The notes below the pieces were generated by a model. That model was not told the origin of the DNA, ran no database searches, and saw only the letters and a list, made by a program, of their open reading frames with translations. A program made the translations under genes and the position numbers. This document shows positions 1 to 12,227 of a stretch of DNA of 64,000 nucleotides, piece by piece. This DNA is from Sphyrna mokarran (Eukaryota): NCBI GenBank assembly GCA_024679065.1, contig JAGIQG010000021.1, positions 25,110,001 through 25,174,000 on the forward strand, read 5' to 3'. Every line of letters begins with the position of its first letter. Position 1 is the stretch's first letter.

Positions 1-1583
1 ACCACCCTCTGAGTGAAAAAACTTTCCCCTAGCATCCCCTCTGTACTTGCTTCCCTGCACCTTAAATCTGTGCCCTCTCGTCGCGACCATTTCAGCCCTG
101 GGAAATAGTTTCTGAGAGTCCACCCTATCTAATCCTCTCAACATCTTGTAAACCTCTATCAGGTCGTCTCTCCAGGGAGAACAGTCCCAGCTCCCTCAAC
201 CAGTCTTCATAAGGCATGCCTCCCAATCCAGGCAACATCCTTGTAAATCTCCTCTGCACCCTTTCAATAGCTTCCACGTCCTTCCTATAGTGAGGCGACA
301 AGAACTGCGCACAGCACTCCAAGTGTGGTCTGACAAGGGTCCTATAAAGCTGCAGCATTACCTCCTGACTCCTGAACTCAATCCCTCGATGAATGAAGGC
401 CAGTACACCGTAAGCTTTCTTAACCACATCCTCCACCTGAGAGGCCGATTTGAGAGTCTTATGGACCCGGACCCCAAGATCCCTCTGCTCTTCCACACAG
501 CTAAGACTCCTACCTTTGATAGTGTACTCATTCATCCCATTGGATCTGCCAAAATGGACCACAACACACTTATCTGCGTTGAAGTCCATTTGCCACTTCT
601 CCGCCCAGTCTTGCATCCTGTTGATGTATGCTGGAACTTCTGACATCCCTCCAGATCATCCACAACACCACCAACCTTTGTGTTATTGGTGAACTTACTC
701 ACCCATCCCTCCACTTCCTCATACAGGTCATTTATGAAAATGACAAACAGCAAGGGTCCTAGAACAGATCCCTGGGTCACTCCACTGGTGACCGACCTCC
801 ATGCAGAAAAAGAGCCATCCACAACCACCCTCTGCCTTCTGCAGGCAAGCCAGTTCTGGATCCACAAGGCCAAAGCCCCTTGGATCCCATGGACTCTCAC
901 CTTCTCAAGAAGTCTTGCATGTGGGACCTTGTCAAATGCCTTGCTGAAGTCCATGTACACCACGTCCACTGCTCTTCCTTCTTCAATGTGTTCAGTCACA
1001 TTTTCGAAGAACTCAATTAAGCTTGTAAGGCACGACCTGCCTTTTACAAAACCATGCTGACTATTTCTAATCAACCTAAACTTCTCCAAATGCTCGTAAA
1101 TCTTGTCCCTCAGAAGCCTCTCCATCAGCTTACCAACCACTGAGGTCAGATTCACCGGTCGGTAATTTCCAGGACTATCCCTGTTCCCTTTCTTGAAAAT
1201 AGGGACCACATCCGCAATCCTCCAATCCTCCGGAACCTCTCCCGTCTCCATCGACGAAGCAAAGATCATCGCCAGGGGCTCTGCAATGACATCCCTCACC
1301 TCCCACAATAACCTGGGGTACATCCCATCTGGTCCCGGAGACTTGTCTATCTTGATAGCATTTAAAAGTTCTAACACATACGCTTCCTTAATATCTACAT
1401 ACTCAATCTTTTCAGTCTGCCGCAAACTTGTAGTGCATCCTCCCAGATCACTTTCCACCGTGAATACTGAGGCAAAGTACTCATTAAGCACCTCTGCCAT
1501 TTCTTCCGGTTTCATACAGACTTTTCCCCCTTCACCTTTTATAAGTCCTATCCCTTCTCTTCTCATCGTTTTACTTTTCACAT
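1..1583 (-). mobile_element. CR1 LINE ORF2 (RT) fragment, frameshifted, runs off the window edge
   Basis: ORFs 532..1614 and 125..646 contain KSPGPDG, NYRPVNLTSVVGK, QHGFVKGRSCLT, YMDFSKAFDKVPH, SGVTQGSVLGP and LYRTLVRPHLE. The catalytic FADD motif is mutated to FTNN. Confidence 0.95.
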
Positions 1584-2383
1584 TCAAGTTCATCACTTTC
1601 AAGTTCCCCTCCAAGTCACAAAATATTCAACTTGAGCATCTGTTATATGCTTCCATCATTGCAAAGTCAAATCCTGACCCTGTAGAACTTTCGAAATTAA
1701 CTGTTTCATTTTGTCCTACTCAATATTTATAACAGAACTATTTTAACCATACTAAATCATGGACAAGAATGCTTCAACTTTATTATTTCCTTTGTCTTTC
1801 TTTTTATCCTCCACATAAAAAAATTTTGCAAGTTGACATGGAGGATAAGTAAAACTAGAGTATGAAACAATCTCATTTGCTTCGCAAATAATCCCTAAAT
1901 TATTGGCAGTATTGTGAATGAGACTGAACTGGAACAACGGGCAAAGTACATGTCAATCAGTAACTTACCCTACCCACCATTGTCCACACTTCTTGTTTTT
2001 TCTGGCAGGAGTTTTTGTACAATTAGTTGACTTGGTTATATAAATAGAACAAAATGCTGATTATGACTAACCAAAGTAGCAGCCTTTCTTTTGTAAGATG
2101 ATAGTTTGGATTATGTTGGTCAACTCTATTAAGCATTGCCAGCTATGACTCAGAAACCTCAGTCTGGTATGGCTGGTATATTTGCTGCAGAGGATACAGT
2201 GTGTTGAGGTAGTTCACAATTCACTAACATCTGATTTCTCTGGGATCTCTCCTTGCCCAGCTATGCTTCTTGTTTCTGTTCACCTCTTCCAATGTCCTTC
2301 AAAACGGTCATCCTTCAGAGGTCTTAGCTGTTCGTGATTGTTTCCTAGTTGTCCATGCCAATTTCTGCCATCTTCATGTCATA

Positions 2384-2658
2384 GGGGCAGCATTGTGGCA
2401 CAGTGGTTAGCACTGCTGCCTCACAGTGCTAGGGACCTAGGTTTAATTCCCAGCTTGGGTCACTGTGTGGAGTCTGATTTTCTCCCCGTGTTTGTGTGGG
2501 TTTTCTCAGTCATCTGAAAGATGTGCTGTTTAGGTGCATTGGTCACGCTAAGTTCTCCCACCTGAACAGGTGCTGGAGTGTGGAGATGAGGGGATTTTTA
2601 CAGTAACTTCATTACAGTGTTAATGGAAGCCTACTTGTGACTAATAAATAAAAATAAT
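2384..2658 (+). mobile_element. tRNA-derived V-SINE, variant with ...GTAAGCCTACTTGTGACTAATAAATAAA tail (type 2)
   Basis: A/B-box head (tggcacagtggttagcactgctgcctcacag...ggtttaattcc), a V-domain and a distinctive tail; nested in the RTE element. Confidence 0.85.
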
Positions 2659-3530
2659 TCACTTGCAGGTGTCCTTGAAGTGGAGGTATTGGTTACCAGG
2701 AAGTTGTTATGCAATGCCCAATTCACCGTACAAAAGGTTTTTGTGTACATAGCTGATGAATGTGGCTGAACCAGCACAGATGTAGCTAACTTAGTAATGA
2801 GTGTACGCTGATGGAATGAGAACATTCCAGGACTTCTGAGTTGGTGAATCTGTCCTGCCAAAGAAATATCTGAGCCAGTGAAGGTGGAAAGTGTTTAGCC
2901 TTTTCTCCTGCCTGATATATGTTGTCGAGGTTTCAGCACTGTGGAGGAATGTGTTGAGGATGCAGACTTGGTAGACCTACAGTTTGGTGTTCCTCGTTTG
3001 GCTGCTGTAATTCCACATTCTCTTACTCAGCTTGGACATAACAGTTGCAGCTTTTGCAATGCATATGTTAATTTCAGCATTTGACATTCAGCAAGAAACA
3101 GATTGCTGCTGAATGTGGAGCCTACATATGTGAAGCTATTAACAACTTCCAGCATCATATTATCAATGCTGATGGATGGTGGTATAGCAACATCCTAGGA
3201 CCATGACAGTTGTCTTCCTGATGTTGATGGTCAGACCAATCTCATTACAGGTGTGAGGGAGCCTGTCCACTGTTACTTCAGGTCATCCTCAACATGGAAT
3301 GTTAATGTGATATCATTAACATACAGCATCTCTCTTATGAGGATGTCTTGCACATTTCTGTTGGATCTCAGGTAAGTAAAGCTGAATGGACACCCTCTGT
3401 AGGCAGCCTGAAGGCATATGACAACAGCAAAAAGAAGAATATGCCAAAGAGTGTCATTGCTAGAACATTACACTGTTTGACCTCACAGAAAGGTTCTGAT
3501 GTTGTTCCATCATAGTTGACTATACTCATA

Positions 3531-3832
3531 AAGGTTTAAAGTTTATTTATTTGTCACAAGTAGGTTTACATTAATAGTGCAATGAAGTTACTGTGGAAAT
3601 CTCTTAGTCACTGTACTCTGATGCCTGTTCGGGTACACTGAGGGACAATTTAGGACTTCCAATGCACCTAATCAATGCATCTTTGGGAGGAAACCAGAGC
3701 ACCTGGAGGAAACCCTTGCAGACATGGAAAGAATGTAGAAACTCTGCACAGACAGTGACCCAAACCAGGAAGTGAACCTAAGTCTCTGACGCTGTGAGGC
3801 AACAGTGCTAACTACTGAGCCACTGCGCTGCC
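3531..3832 (-). mobile_element. Type-2 V-SINE nested in RTE
   Basis: Reverse complement of the same head, V-domain (ggaggaaaccagagcacctggaggaaaccc) and tail. Confidence 0.85.
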
Positions 3833-4165
3833 TATCTTAGCATGGAAATAAGAGATTATTTGAACAGCGTCGGTGAGCAGGGAATTTCACCAAAAGCTTA
3901 AATAGATCACCTCTGCTCACATGATTGAAAGCCTTGGTGAGACCGATGAATGCAATATATTGTGGTCTCCTAAGTTTATGGTATTTTCTTGCAGCTGCCA
4001 GTTTAAGAAGATTATGTCAATTGGAGATCTTCCAGTGCTGAAACCACATTAGGATTTGAGATAGATGCATTCAGCCAAAATCTATCTGTAGTCTGACAAG
4101 AGCAACATCCACAAATACTTTTCCTGTGAGACTGAGTGAGGAGATGTCTTGATTGTTATTACAAT

Positions 4166-4712
4166 TGGAGTATTGTGCCTAATTCTGAGCACTGAACTTT
4201 AAGAGAACGTTAAGGTTTTAAACTGGATCTAGAAAAGTTTTATAAATACAATTTCAGATGTGAGCAACTTTAGTTATGTGTGTAGGTTGGAGAAGCTGGC
4301 ATTGTCTTCCTTAAAGAAAAAGTGGACAGGAGGTTTGACAAAAATGTTTAAAATCATGAGGAGTCTAGATGGAATCGACAGGGAAAAACTGCTCTCACAG
4401 GCAGAATGGTCAAGAACCAGAGGACACCGATTTAAGATGAATGGCAAAAGAACCAGCTGACATGAAGGAAAACCTTTTTAAGCAGCAAATGGTTAGGATC
4501 TGGAATGCACTGTTCAAGTATTTAATGCAGGCACATTTAATTGCTGCTTTCAAAAAATAAATGGATGAACACCTAAAGAGGAGAATCGTCAGGAATACAG
4601 GAAAGAATATGGGACCAGCTGAGCTATTTGCTCTTGCTGTAGGCCAGGACAGAGATGCTGAACTGAATGGCTTCCTTCTGTGTTGTAACCATTTTATCAT
4701 TTCATGATTTCC
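4166..4712 (+). mobile_element. Old CR1 3' fragment
   Basis: RLEKLALSSL..FKIMRSLDGIDREKL..SRTRGHRFK, followed by a tail of type gaatggcttccttctgtgttgtaaccattttatc. Confidence 0.8.
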
Positions 4713-6004
4713 ATTCTCAGACCAAGTCTTACACTAAGATTTGGGTTATTGTTATGAGTAACTCCCTGCCTCTTGAACAAAAGTAAAACCAGAAATAAAT
4801 TTTCAATATAGTTTTTCAGACATCTAATTTGAACCAATCATTGCCTGTCCAGATGCATAGGATTGCAACAGTAACTGACTTTGAGCCAAACACTTACTTT
4901 CCACCTTTCCATATGTGACAATTCTATGGTCCACATACTGGAATTCACTAAGTATTGCCAAGCCATCTAAAAAAAAATACAAGAATATATGTATAAAAAT
5001 GTAAAAGATACAGTAATTACAATGATTATATCAAGAAGTCTCATAACACCAGGTTAACATTTGTGTAACATCGGCTAATATAAATATTTACATTTATAGA
5101 CAAAACATAAGCTTAACACCAAATGATCAATGATTTGTGTTCCATTTATGATTAACCAGCTCAATGATTACAAACTTAGTTTCACAATTACACAAATTCT
5201 TAAGAAAGAAGATATAACTTATGAGGAAGTAACAATGTATATATTAAAAGTGTGCATCAGTGACAGAAAAGAGATGCAGCATCAAGTAGGCACTGCTTCC
5301 CTATATAGCAGATCATTTCAGCTTTTTGTAGCAATAGTAAGTACAGAAAGAAAATAATGTAGGGAGAGAGAGGGAGAGTTAGATCGTGAGTTGACGTCAT
5401 GCCTTTTTCCTGTTAATTGCCCTCCATTCTTTCCATTTTGAGGCACTCCCAGTAAAGGAAGGGCATTAGGACTGAAATCAAGCACCTGTCCAACTGGAGG
5501 ATCAACAACAAAACCACAGAGCACAAAATATGTGTCTTCATAAAGTAGGAAAATGGCATTTGATTGGTATTGGAGGTCTCCTGGCTGCTGCTCAAAGACC
5601 TCACCGTTCTTGCTGCTGCAAGCCCTCAGGCCAGAAGCAGTGGACCTTATACCTTGCTTCTTGGTGACTCTAACAATGTGCTCATCCTCAGTTGAATTAA
5701 TGTTCTGTATTAATAAAATCTATTTTTTAAAATTTCATCATCCATACAAATATTTAATACCAGAATTTTGTGAAATGCTGCCTAATGTTCTTGATGCTCA
5801 TATCAAGTGTAGGAAAGAATGGGCTGGGACAGTCACGTGATGCTTTTATGTCAGTATGAAATGCAAATTGAGTTTCAAATGAGATCTTCTGCTCTGGCCA
5901 CCAAACCCATCTGAAAAAAAATGGGAGTAGAAAATCCCGGCCAAAGTCTCTTCATGTGTTAGATGCCATTCCAAATGAACCTTCTTCATTTTGATTATCA
6001 GAAG

Positions 6005-6540
6005 CCAGGGTCTCTTACAAGTTGCTCGTTACTGGGTAAGAATGGCAAGGGGTACTTCAGGGTACTTAGAGGACATCCCTAATGCTTTTCTGCTGTCCTT
6101 CTGGGAGACTCCAGCCACAACTGAGTAGAGCTTCAGGAATCTGGTGTCATGGTTAACAATGATATGTCCCACTGAGCTGAACTGCTGTTGAGTGATTAGT
6201 GACTCAATGCTGGGAGCAAGTTGCTTTGAGAGAGAATGTTGCAGTCAGCCCACTTTCCTTGCCACTGGAATTGGAGGATCTTGTGAAGGAATCACTGACA
6301 GTACTTCTTTAGTGCTTTGAGATGCTTGCCATAGGCCTTCCAAGTCTCTGAAATATATATGAATAAATATATTTACTGCCACCCAGTAAACCAAGACTTA
6401 CTCATAGGTTTAAGCCTCTGTCCTCATTCCCCCAGTTGACTAAATGCTGAGCTGGTAAAATGGAGGTGATATTGCCTGCGTTGAGAAGAGGATCCCCAAG
6501 ATATGGAAAATGATCCACCTTTTCCAGGATCTTGCTATTC
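6005..6540 (-). mobile_element. Second RTE-clade LINE fragment
   Basis: Minus-strand translation gives ILEKVDHFPYLG and SETWKAYGKHLKALKKYCQ*FLHKILQFQWQ. Confidence 0.8.
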
Positions 6541-6547
6541 TTACCCA

Positions 6548-7045
6548 GTGACCTCTACCATGAGAAGGAAAAGAGCAGCAGGTGTATGCGGGGATACAGT
6601 GGCACAATGATTATCTCTGCTACCTCACAGCATCAGGGACCCAGGTTCAATTTCAACTTTGGGTAGCTCTGTAGTCTGAGCACGTTCTCCCCATGCTAAA
6701 TGTGTGGGGTTACGGATGTAGGGTGGGAGGGGGAGGATAGGCATCCTGGGTAAGATGCTCTTTTGGAGAGTGAGTGCAGACTTGATGGGCTGAATGGCCT
6801 CATTTGATGCTGTAGGGATTCTATGGTTCTATGGCAGGGCAATACCACCACCTGCCAGTTCCCGCTCAAATCACACACCATTCTGACTTGGAGCTATAGT
6901 GCTATTCCTTCACAGTCACTGGATCAAAATCCTACAGTTCCCAATCTAAAAGCATGTGCACGTACCTACAACTGTGTTTTCTCAAGAGCAATTAGAAATG
7001 GGCAATAAATTTTGGCGATGCCCACATCCTGTGAGAGAAAGGAAC
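6548..7045 (+). mobile_element. 3' fragment of CR1-group LINE family B, split by an HE1-type SINE (about 6590-6833)
   Basis: Homologous to the 3' end of the element at 35772-37420 (GNTTTCQFPLKSHTILTW; tail gcaattagaaatgggcaataaa...gcccacatcc). The inserted SINE has a tRNA head and a CR1-type gggctgaatggcct...attctatggttctatg tail. Confidence 0.75.
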
Positions 7046-7080
7046 TTTTTTTTTGTTTGTTCAGGGGTCATGGGTGTCAC

Positions 7081-9050
7081 TGCTCCATGTACCTATCCAA
7101 TAACCGCTTGAAAGTTCCTAAAGTGTCCAATTCCACTATCTCAACAAGCAGTCTAATCCACACCCCAACCACTCTTTGAGTAAAGAATCTATCTTGGACA
7201 TCCCTCCTATATCTCCCACCATGAACCTTATAGTTATGCCCCCTAGTAACAGCTATATCCATCTGAGGAAATAGTTTCTGCACCTTCACTCTATCAATCC
7301 CTCTTATCACCTTATGAAGCTCTACTAAGTTGCCTCTCATCCTCCTCTGTTCGAAAGAGAAATGCCCCAGCTCCCTTAACCTTTCCTCATAAGACCTACC
7401 CTCCAAACCAGGAGCATTCTGATAAATCTCCTCTGCACTCTCTCCAATGTTTCCACATCCTTCTTATAATAAGGTGACCAGAACTGAACATAATACTCGA
7501 AATGTGGTCTCACCAGTGTCCGATATAGTTGCAGCATAACCCCATGGTTCTTAAACTCAATAGTTAATAAATGCTAACACACTATAAGCTTTCTTCATGG
7601 CTCTATCCACTTGAGGGGCAACCTTCAGAGATCTGTGGATATGAACCCCAAGATCTCTCTGTTCCTCCACATTCCTTAGAATCCTGCCATTGACCCTGTA
7701 ATCTGCATTCAAGTTGTCCTACCAAAATGAATCACCTCACACTTATCACTTAAACTCTATCTGCCACTTTTCGGCCCAGTTCTGCATCCTATCAATGTCT
7801 TTTTGCAGCCTGCAAGAGCCCTCCACTTCATCTACTACTCTACCAATCTTAATGTTGTCAGCAAATTTACTAACCCACCTTTCAGCCCCTTCTTCCAAGT
7901 CATTGATAAAAATCACAAAAAGCAGAGGACCCAGCACTGACCCCTGTTGCACACCACTGGTAACTGTCCTCCAGTCTGAAAATTTTCCCTCCACCACCAC
8001 CCTCTATCTTCTATGATATAGCCAGTTACTTATCCAATTGGCCAAATTTCCTTCTACCCCGTACTTCCTTATCTTCTCCATGAGCCTACCGTGGGTGACC
8101 TTATCAAACACCTTACTAAAATCCATGTATACAACATCAACTACTCTACCTTCGTTCGCACACTTAGTTACCTCCTCAGTGAATTCAATCAAATTTGTGA
8201 GGCAGGACTTATCCCTCACGAAACCATGTTGACTATGCTGGCTTAAACTAAATCTTTTCATATGGTTATATCCTATCTCTCAGGAACCTTTCCATTAACT
8301 TCCCGAACACCAAAGTGAGACTAACTGGCCTATAATTACCAGGGTCATTCCTATTTCCTTTCTTGAAAAGAGGAACAACATTTCCACTCTCCAGTCCTCT
8401 AGCACTATCCCTGTGGACAGTGAAGACCCAAAGATCAAAGCTAAAGGCTCCACAATCTCATCCCTTGCCCCCCAAAGTATCCTATGATATATCCCATCCA
8501 GCCCAGGGGACTTATCCACCTTCAGGCTTTTCAAAATTGCTAATACATCTTCCCTCATCTACCTTCTCCATCCTATCAGCCTATATCACGCACTCTTCCT
8601 CAAAAACATGCCCCCTCTCCTTAGTGAACACTAAAGAAAAATATTTATTCAATGTCTCACCTATCTCTTTTGACTCCATGCACATGTTCCCACTACTATC
8701 TTTGACTGGCTCTAACCTCACTCTGGTCATTCTTTTATCTCTCACATAAGAGTAAAAGGCCTTGGGGTTTTTTTTATCCTACCCACCAAGGATTTCTTAT
8801 GACCCTTCCCTGCTCTCCTAAGCCCTTTGTTTAACTCATTCCTAGCTACCTTGTAACACTCAAGCGACCCAACTGAACCTTGTTTTTTCATCCTTACATA
8901 TGCCTCCCTTTTCCTCTTGACAAATCATGCAACCTCCTTTGTGAACCATGGTTCCCTCACTCGGCCATTTCCTCCCTGCTTGCCAGGGACATACCTATCA
9001 AGGACACAGTTTTGTTCCTTGAAAAAGCTCCACTTTTCATTTGTGCAAAC
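7081..9050 (-). mobile_element. CR1 LINE ORF2 fragment with multiple frameshifts
   Basis: ORFs 8295-8558, 8004-8261, 7746-8000 and 7077-7406 contain KSPGLDG, QHGFVRDKSCLTN, SGVQQGSVLGP, FADN and TRGHNYK. Confidence 0.95.
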
Positions 9051-9059
9051 TTTTTGTTT

Positions 9060-9260
9060 GACATTAGTGAATCAGACGCGTTTTTCCTGACAATCAGCAG
9101 TGTTTCATGGTCATTAGTAAATTTTTATTCTAGACATTTTTTATTGAATTCAAGTTCCATTATTTGCTGTGGGGGGGTTTCGAATACTGGTCCCTAGAAT
9201 ATTAGCTATGTTTCTGGATGAATAGTTCAAACAATAACACCACTAGGCCATCACCTTCCC
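9060..9260 (-). mobile_element. tRNA-derived SINE family C, 5' part (its tail remnant is at about 7047-7080)
   Basis: Homologous to the copies at 21771-22146, 23032-23350 and 62722-63033. Confidence 0.7.
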
Positions 9261-9789
9261 TAAATTTTTATTGCCAGGATTTTAGTGAAAAGCCCATTTT
9301 CTCAGAAGCTTCTCAGAAAGAGTTGACATTGAGCTGGAGCTCTGTTTCTGAGTGAGCACGCCTACACTGGAGGTGGAGTTGGCCACTAAGACCCAGCGGA
9401 AACATTTGTGTGGATAGAGCCTGGTGCGTAAGGCACTTAGTCTGAATAAGAGCAGAGCGTGGGAGAGCATCATTCAGAGGATCAATCCTGAATAAAAGCT
9501 CATTGTGCTGTGGACAAGGTAAGGACTTGCAGTTTACTTATTTCTATGGCAGGAATAAGTGGTGATAATCTGGATAGAATGTTTAAATGTGGGATTTATT
9601 GAAGATGATCATATATTTAATTGTAGTGTTTTATCTGAAAAAAACTAAATATGGACAGATTTTACATTTGTGTTCGGGTGCAAGGGGTTCACACTTTAAC
9701 AATATTCCATTTGAATGAATTTGCTGGGGGCAGCCCTGTGTCCAGTTCCTGGGGCAGATGAAATACCATTCACCAGACAAGATATCTAC

Positions 9790-11930
9790 CTGCTCCAGAA
9801 ATCGTATTCAGCCACGTGTGAGGCTAAACGTGAAACTGGGAAATGAAACTGCTGTCTGTATTGTGGCCATTTACCGGCAAACGTGGAGCTTTGAGTCCAA
9901 AAGCAGCGGGCCATCCTGAAGGGATGTTGGCGGTGATGGTGATGATGATGGGCCACAGCGGAAAGAAGAAACTCAACACAAACGTGTGCGCCAAACAGCA
10001 AATGGCGATGAGCTGGAGACAGAGGTCAACTGAACATCTCGCCGCTGCTTATAACCACCCGTCTGTACCAAAGTTGGCGAAACTCTTATGGATTTATCGG
10101 GGGGGGGGGGGGGGGGGGGGGGCGCGATGGTTGATGAAAGATTCGTTAACGTTGGACCGAGGAAGTGAGGAGGAAGTTGCCCGAAGCGTTCACTGAATTT
10201 CATCATGCCCGTCCAGGCGTGTACTCCCAGGGTGAATGAATTGTAAAGCGTGCCTCGGCAAACTTTGAAAGTATCTATTCGGGCGGAAGCTAAATCTTTT
10301 CAATGATGTGGAGTGTCCCGGAAAAAAAATTACAACAAATAAAACTACTACTGCTTATAATAAATATCTGTGCCCTGGAGAGCTTCAGGGAAGGGTTTGT
10401 AGAGATTAGGTTGAAAACCGGCTTGAGTTCCATTTAAAACAACTCGACCCATTGTATTAAACTCCTGGCCTGTAGTTCCTCCGAGGCATCCATTATCCTG
10501 TCCGCCAGTCAGGCCAAGTAGAACCCCATTGCAAACATCTTGTGTAGCCCGGAAAAAAGAGATTAATTTCATATTGAATCCGCTGTATTCTCTCGGTAGA
10601 AATGAAACATGTTGCAAAAAAAAGGTTAAATCCTGGCCTTATCTGCTTAGAGGATTTAAAAAGAATGGCTCAATAATCAACTGGTTTCCTACAAATTGCT
10701 CAGGGCGAATGGGAGTGTGAGATGCAGCGTGTGTGTAAGATCACCCATTTATGGGTTTAATTTTGTTTTATTTGATGTGAAAGCTCTCGGATTCGATTTC
10801 CCCGCTGACTAATGAACACTGCAGATCCGCGATGGCAGTGTGCAACCAATATTTGCAAGGCAAAAGAAAAACCCGGGGGCCATTTCCCGGCCATTGTCAT
10901 GGTGCATCATTCGCCCTGGGGGTCTCCCCACCCCCAAACTTTACATCCCTTTTGCTCATATTGCCACTTACACTCGTGAGCCATCCTGGTGAAATAGTAA
11001 AGCCCTTCAGCGGCTCACTCTCTTAAGTCACGTCTCTCACGTCCTCCTGCAGTGGCGGTGATGCTTTTGTTCCCACCTACTTCCTCCCTGCCCTCTCTTG
11101 ATACCTAACATGCCAGGGACACTGGACTGCGTTTCTCCAAACTCCACTATCAAGTATGTGTGTAGGGATGGCGAAATAATAATTTTCAAAAAAAAAATCA
11201 CCCAGCTAAATTTTATTAATTCGACTAAGGATGAGAACATTGTTGCAGCCACCCGGCCCATCGCAGGCATACCTAGGCACAAGTGGGGAATGGGGGAGGG
11301 GGAATAGTTTCAAAGGTATTTAAATGGACAAGGATTGGGGTACTGCTGAGTGTCTGGTGCAAAGCTTCTCGATTAAAAAAAAGGGTGGAAATGAGCATCC
11401 CAGCGGCGACTCGCTGCCAAAACATACACCGACCCAGTGATAATCTGACTAGATTGGGTATTCATGCCGAAGAACTGTTTTAACATGCGAACAATGGGAC
11501 TTCCAGATTTTAAGTTAGGCCAGTTGTAACACGATGATCAATTCTAAATGAGGAGAGGATTTATCGCAGTCAGGCCACATGTGTATCACGGGTCCCGATT
11601 GGCTGAAGGGTGATTCTCAACGTAAAACCAAGACAAATCTTTGTGGGTTGGCTGTGTAAACAGTCTCTTCCATTCAGCTATGGATTTGCCTTGATCAACC
11701 AGCAATAATGGAATACGTGTGTATTGTCTTGCCAGCAGTTGTAGGATGGTTCGGCTAACTTACATGCTCGACCTTGGTTTTGTCTTTCTATCTTCAGACC
11801 TGTTTTGTAAGCCAATACAAGGGTGATAACGCAGGACAGATTGTGTTCGGTTGAACAATGTTGGTGCAAAATTCCCACTTCGGACAGAAAAGGAAGATGG
11901 GGTGGGGGTGGGGAGAATTGGGCGCAAATT
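9790..11930. promoter_or_regulatory. CpG-rich island, probable main SLC16A3 promoter/first-exon region
   Basis: CpG is visibly enriched against a depleted background and the region has no TEs. It has at least 10 RCGTG motifs, a G24 tract, a reverse CCAAT near 11598 and candidate donors after 9518 and 11153. The link to SLC16A3 is inferred because the first coding exon has a splice acceptor and so needs an upstream exon. Confidence 0.6.
10099..10122. repeat. G24 homopolymer
   Basis: Read directly from the sequence. Confidence 0.95.
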
Positions 11931-12227
11931 GCATTTGAAACTGCACTGATCAGGTTACAGTTAAAACCTAAGAGTTTTTGCTGAAATTCGCTTGGATAAT
12001 CATAAGCCTAAAATCTACTATGTACTAGTAATTGGTCCGCACAATAGAATGCATTTTTATTTCTTGTTGAATTAAAAGTAAATCCTTGATGTATTTCACG
12101 GTGCTAAATTGGTGCAGTTTATGAATACAGTAGGAAATGAGCTTATATAAATAATGTGTCGATTCTCTCAGCTGTGATTAACCTGATTCAACTGTAAATA
12201 AGCTAAACACTGAATTATTTAATAAAG

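Larger units (their letters stand above)
2135..4165 (-). mobile_element. RTE-clade LINE, decayed, interrupted by two SINEs
   Basis: Manual minus-strand translation gives CGFSTGRSPIDIIF..QLQE..YIAFIGLTKAFNHVSR (about 3920-4050), VYQVCILNTFLHSAETSTTYIRQEKRLNTFHL..WQDRFTNSEVLE (about 2825-2975), and LLYGEL / LHFKDTCK. Confidence 0.85.

Noticed and set aside
290-1732. Long + strand ORFs (290-643, 680-1060, 1193-1732; likewise 7714-8016, 8363-8749 and 18642-18968)
   Set aside because: These are antisense shadows of CR1 ORF2, not independent genes.
1804-1848. 10-bp inverted repeat TTATCCTCCA/TGGAGGATAA with a 25-nt spacer
   Set aside because: It is short enough to arise by chance in 64 kb and has no supporting context.
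5392-5840. Full CRE TGACGTCA (5392) and E-box GTCACGTGA (5832); also TCACGTGA at 22521
   Set aside because: These are isolated short motifs, the first two in probable repeat-derived sequence, with no independent support.
9786-10206. ORFs with poly-His, poly-Gly or poly-Pro tracts
   Set aside because: They arise from (GAT/GGT)n and G24 low-complexity sequence in the CpG island and resemble no protein I recognise.
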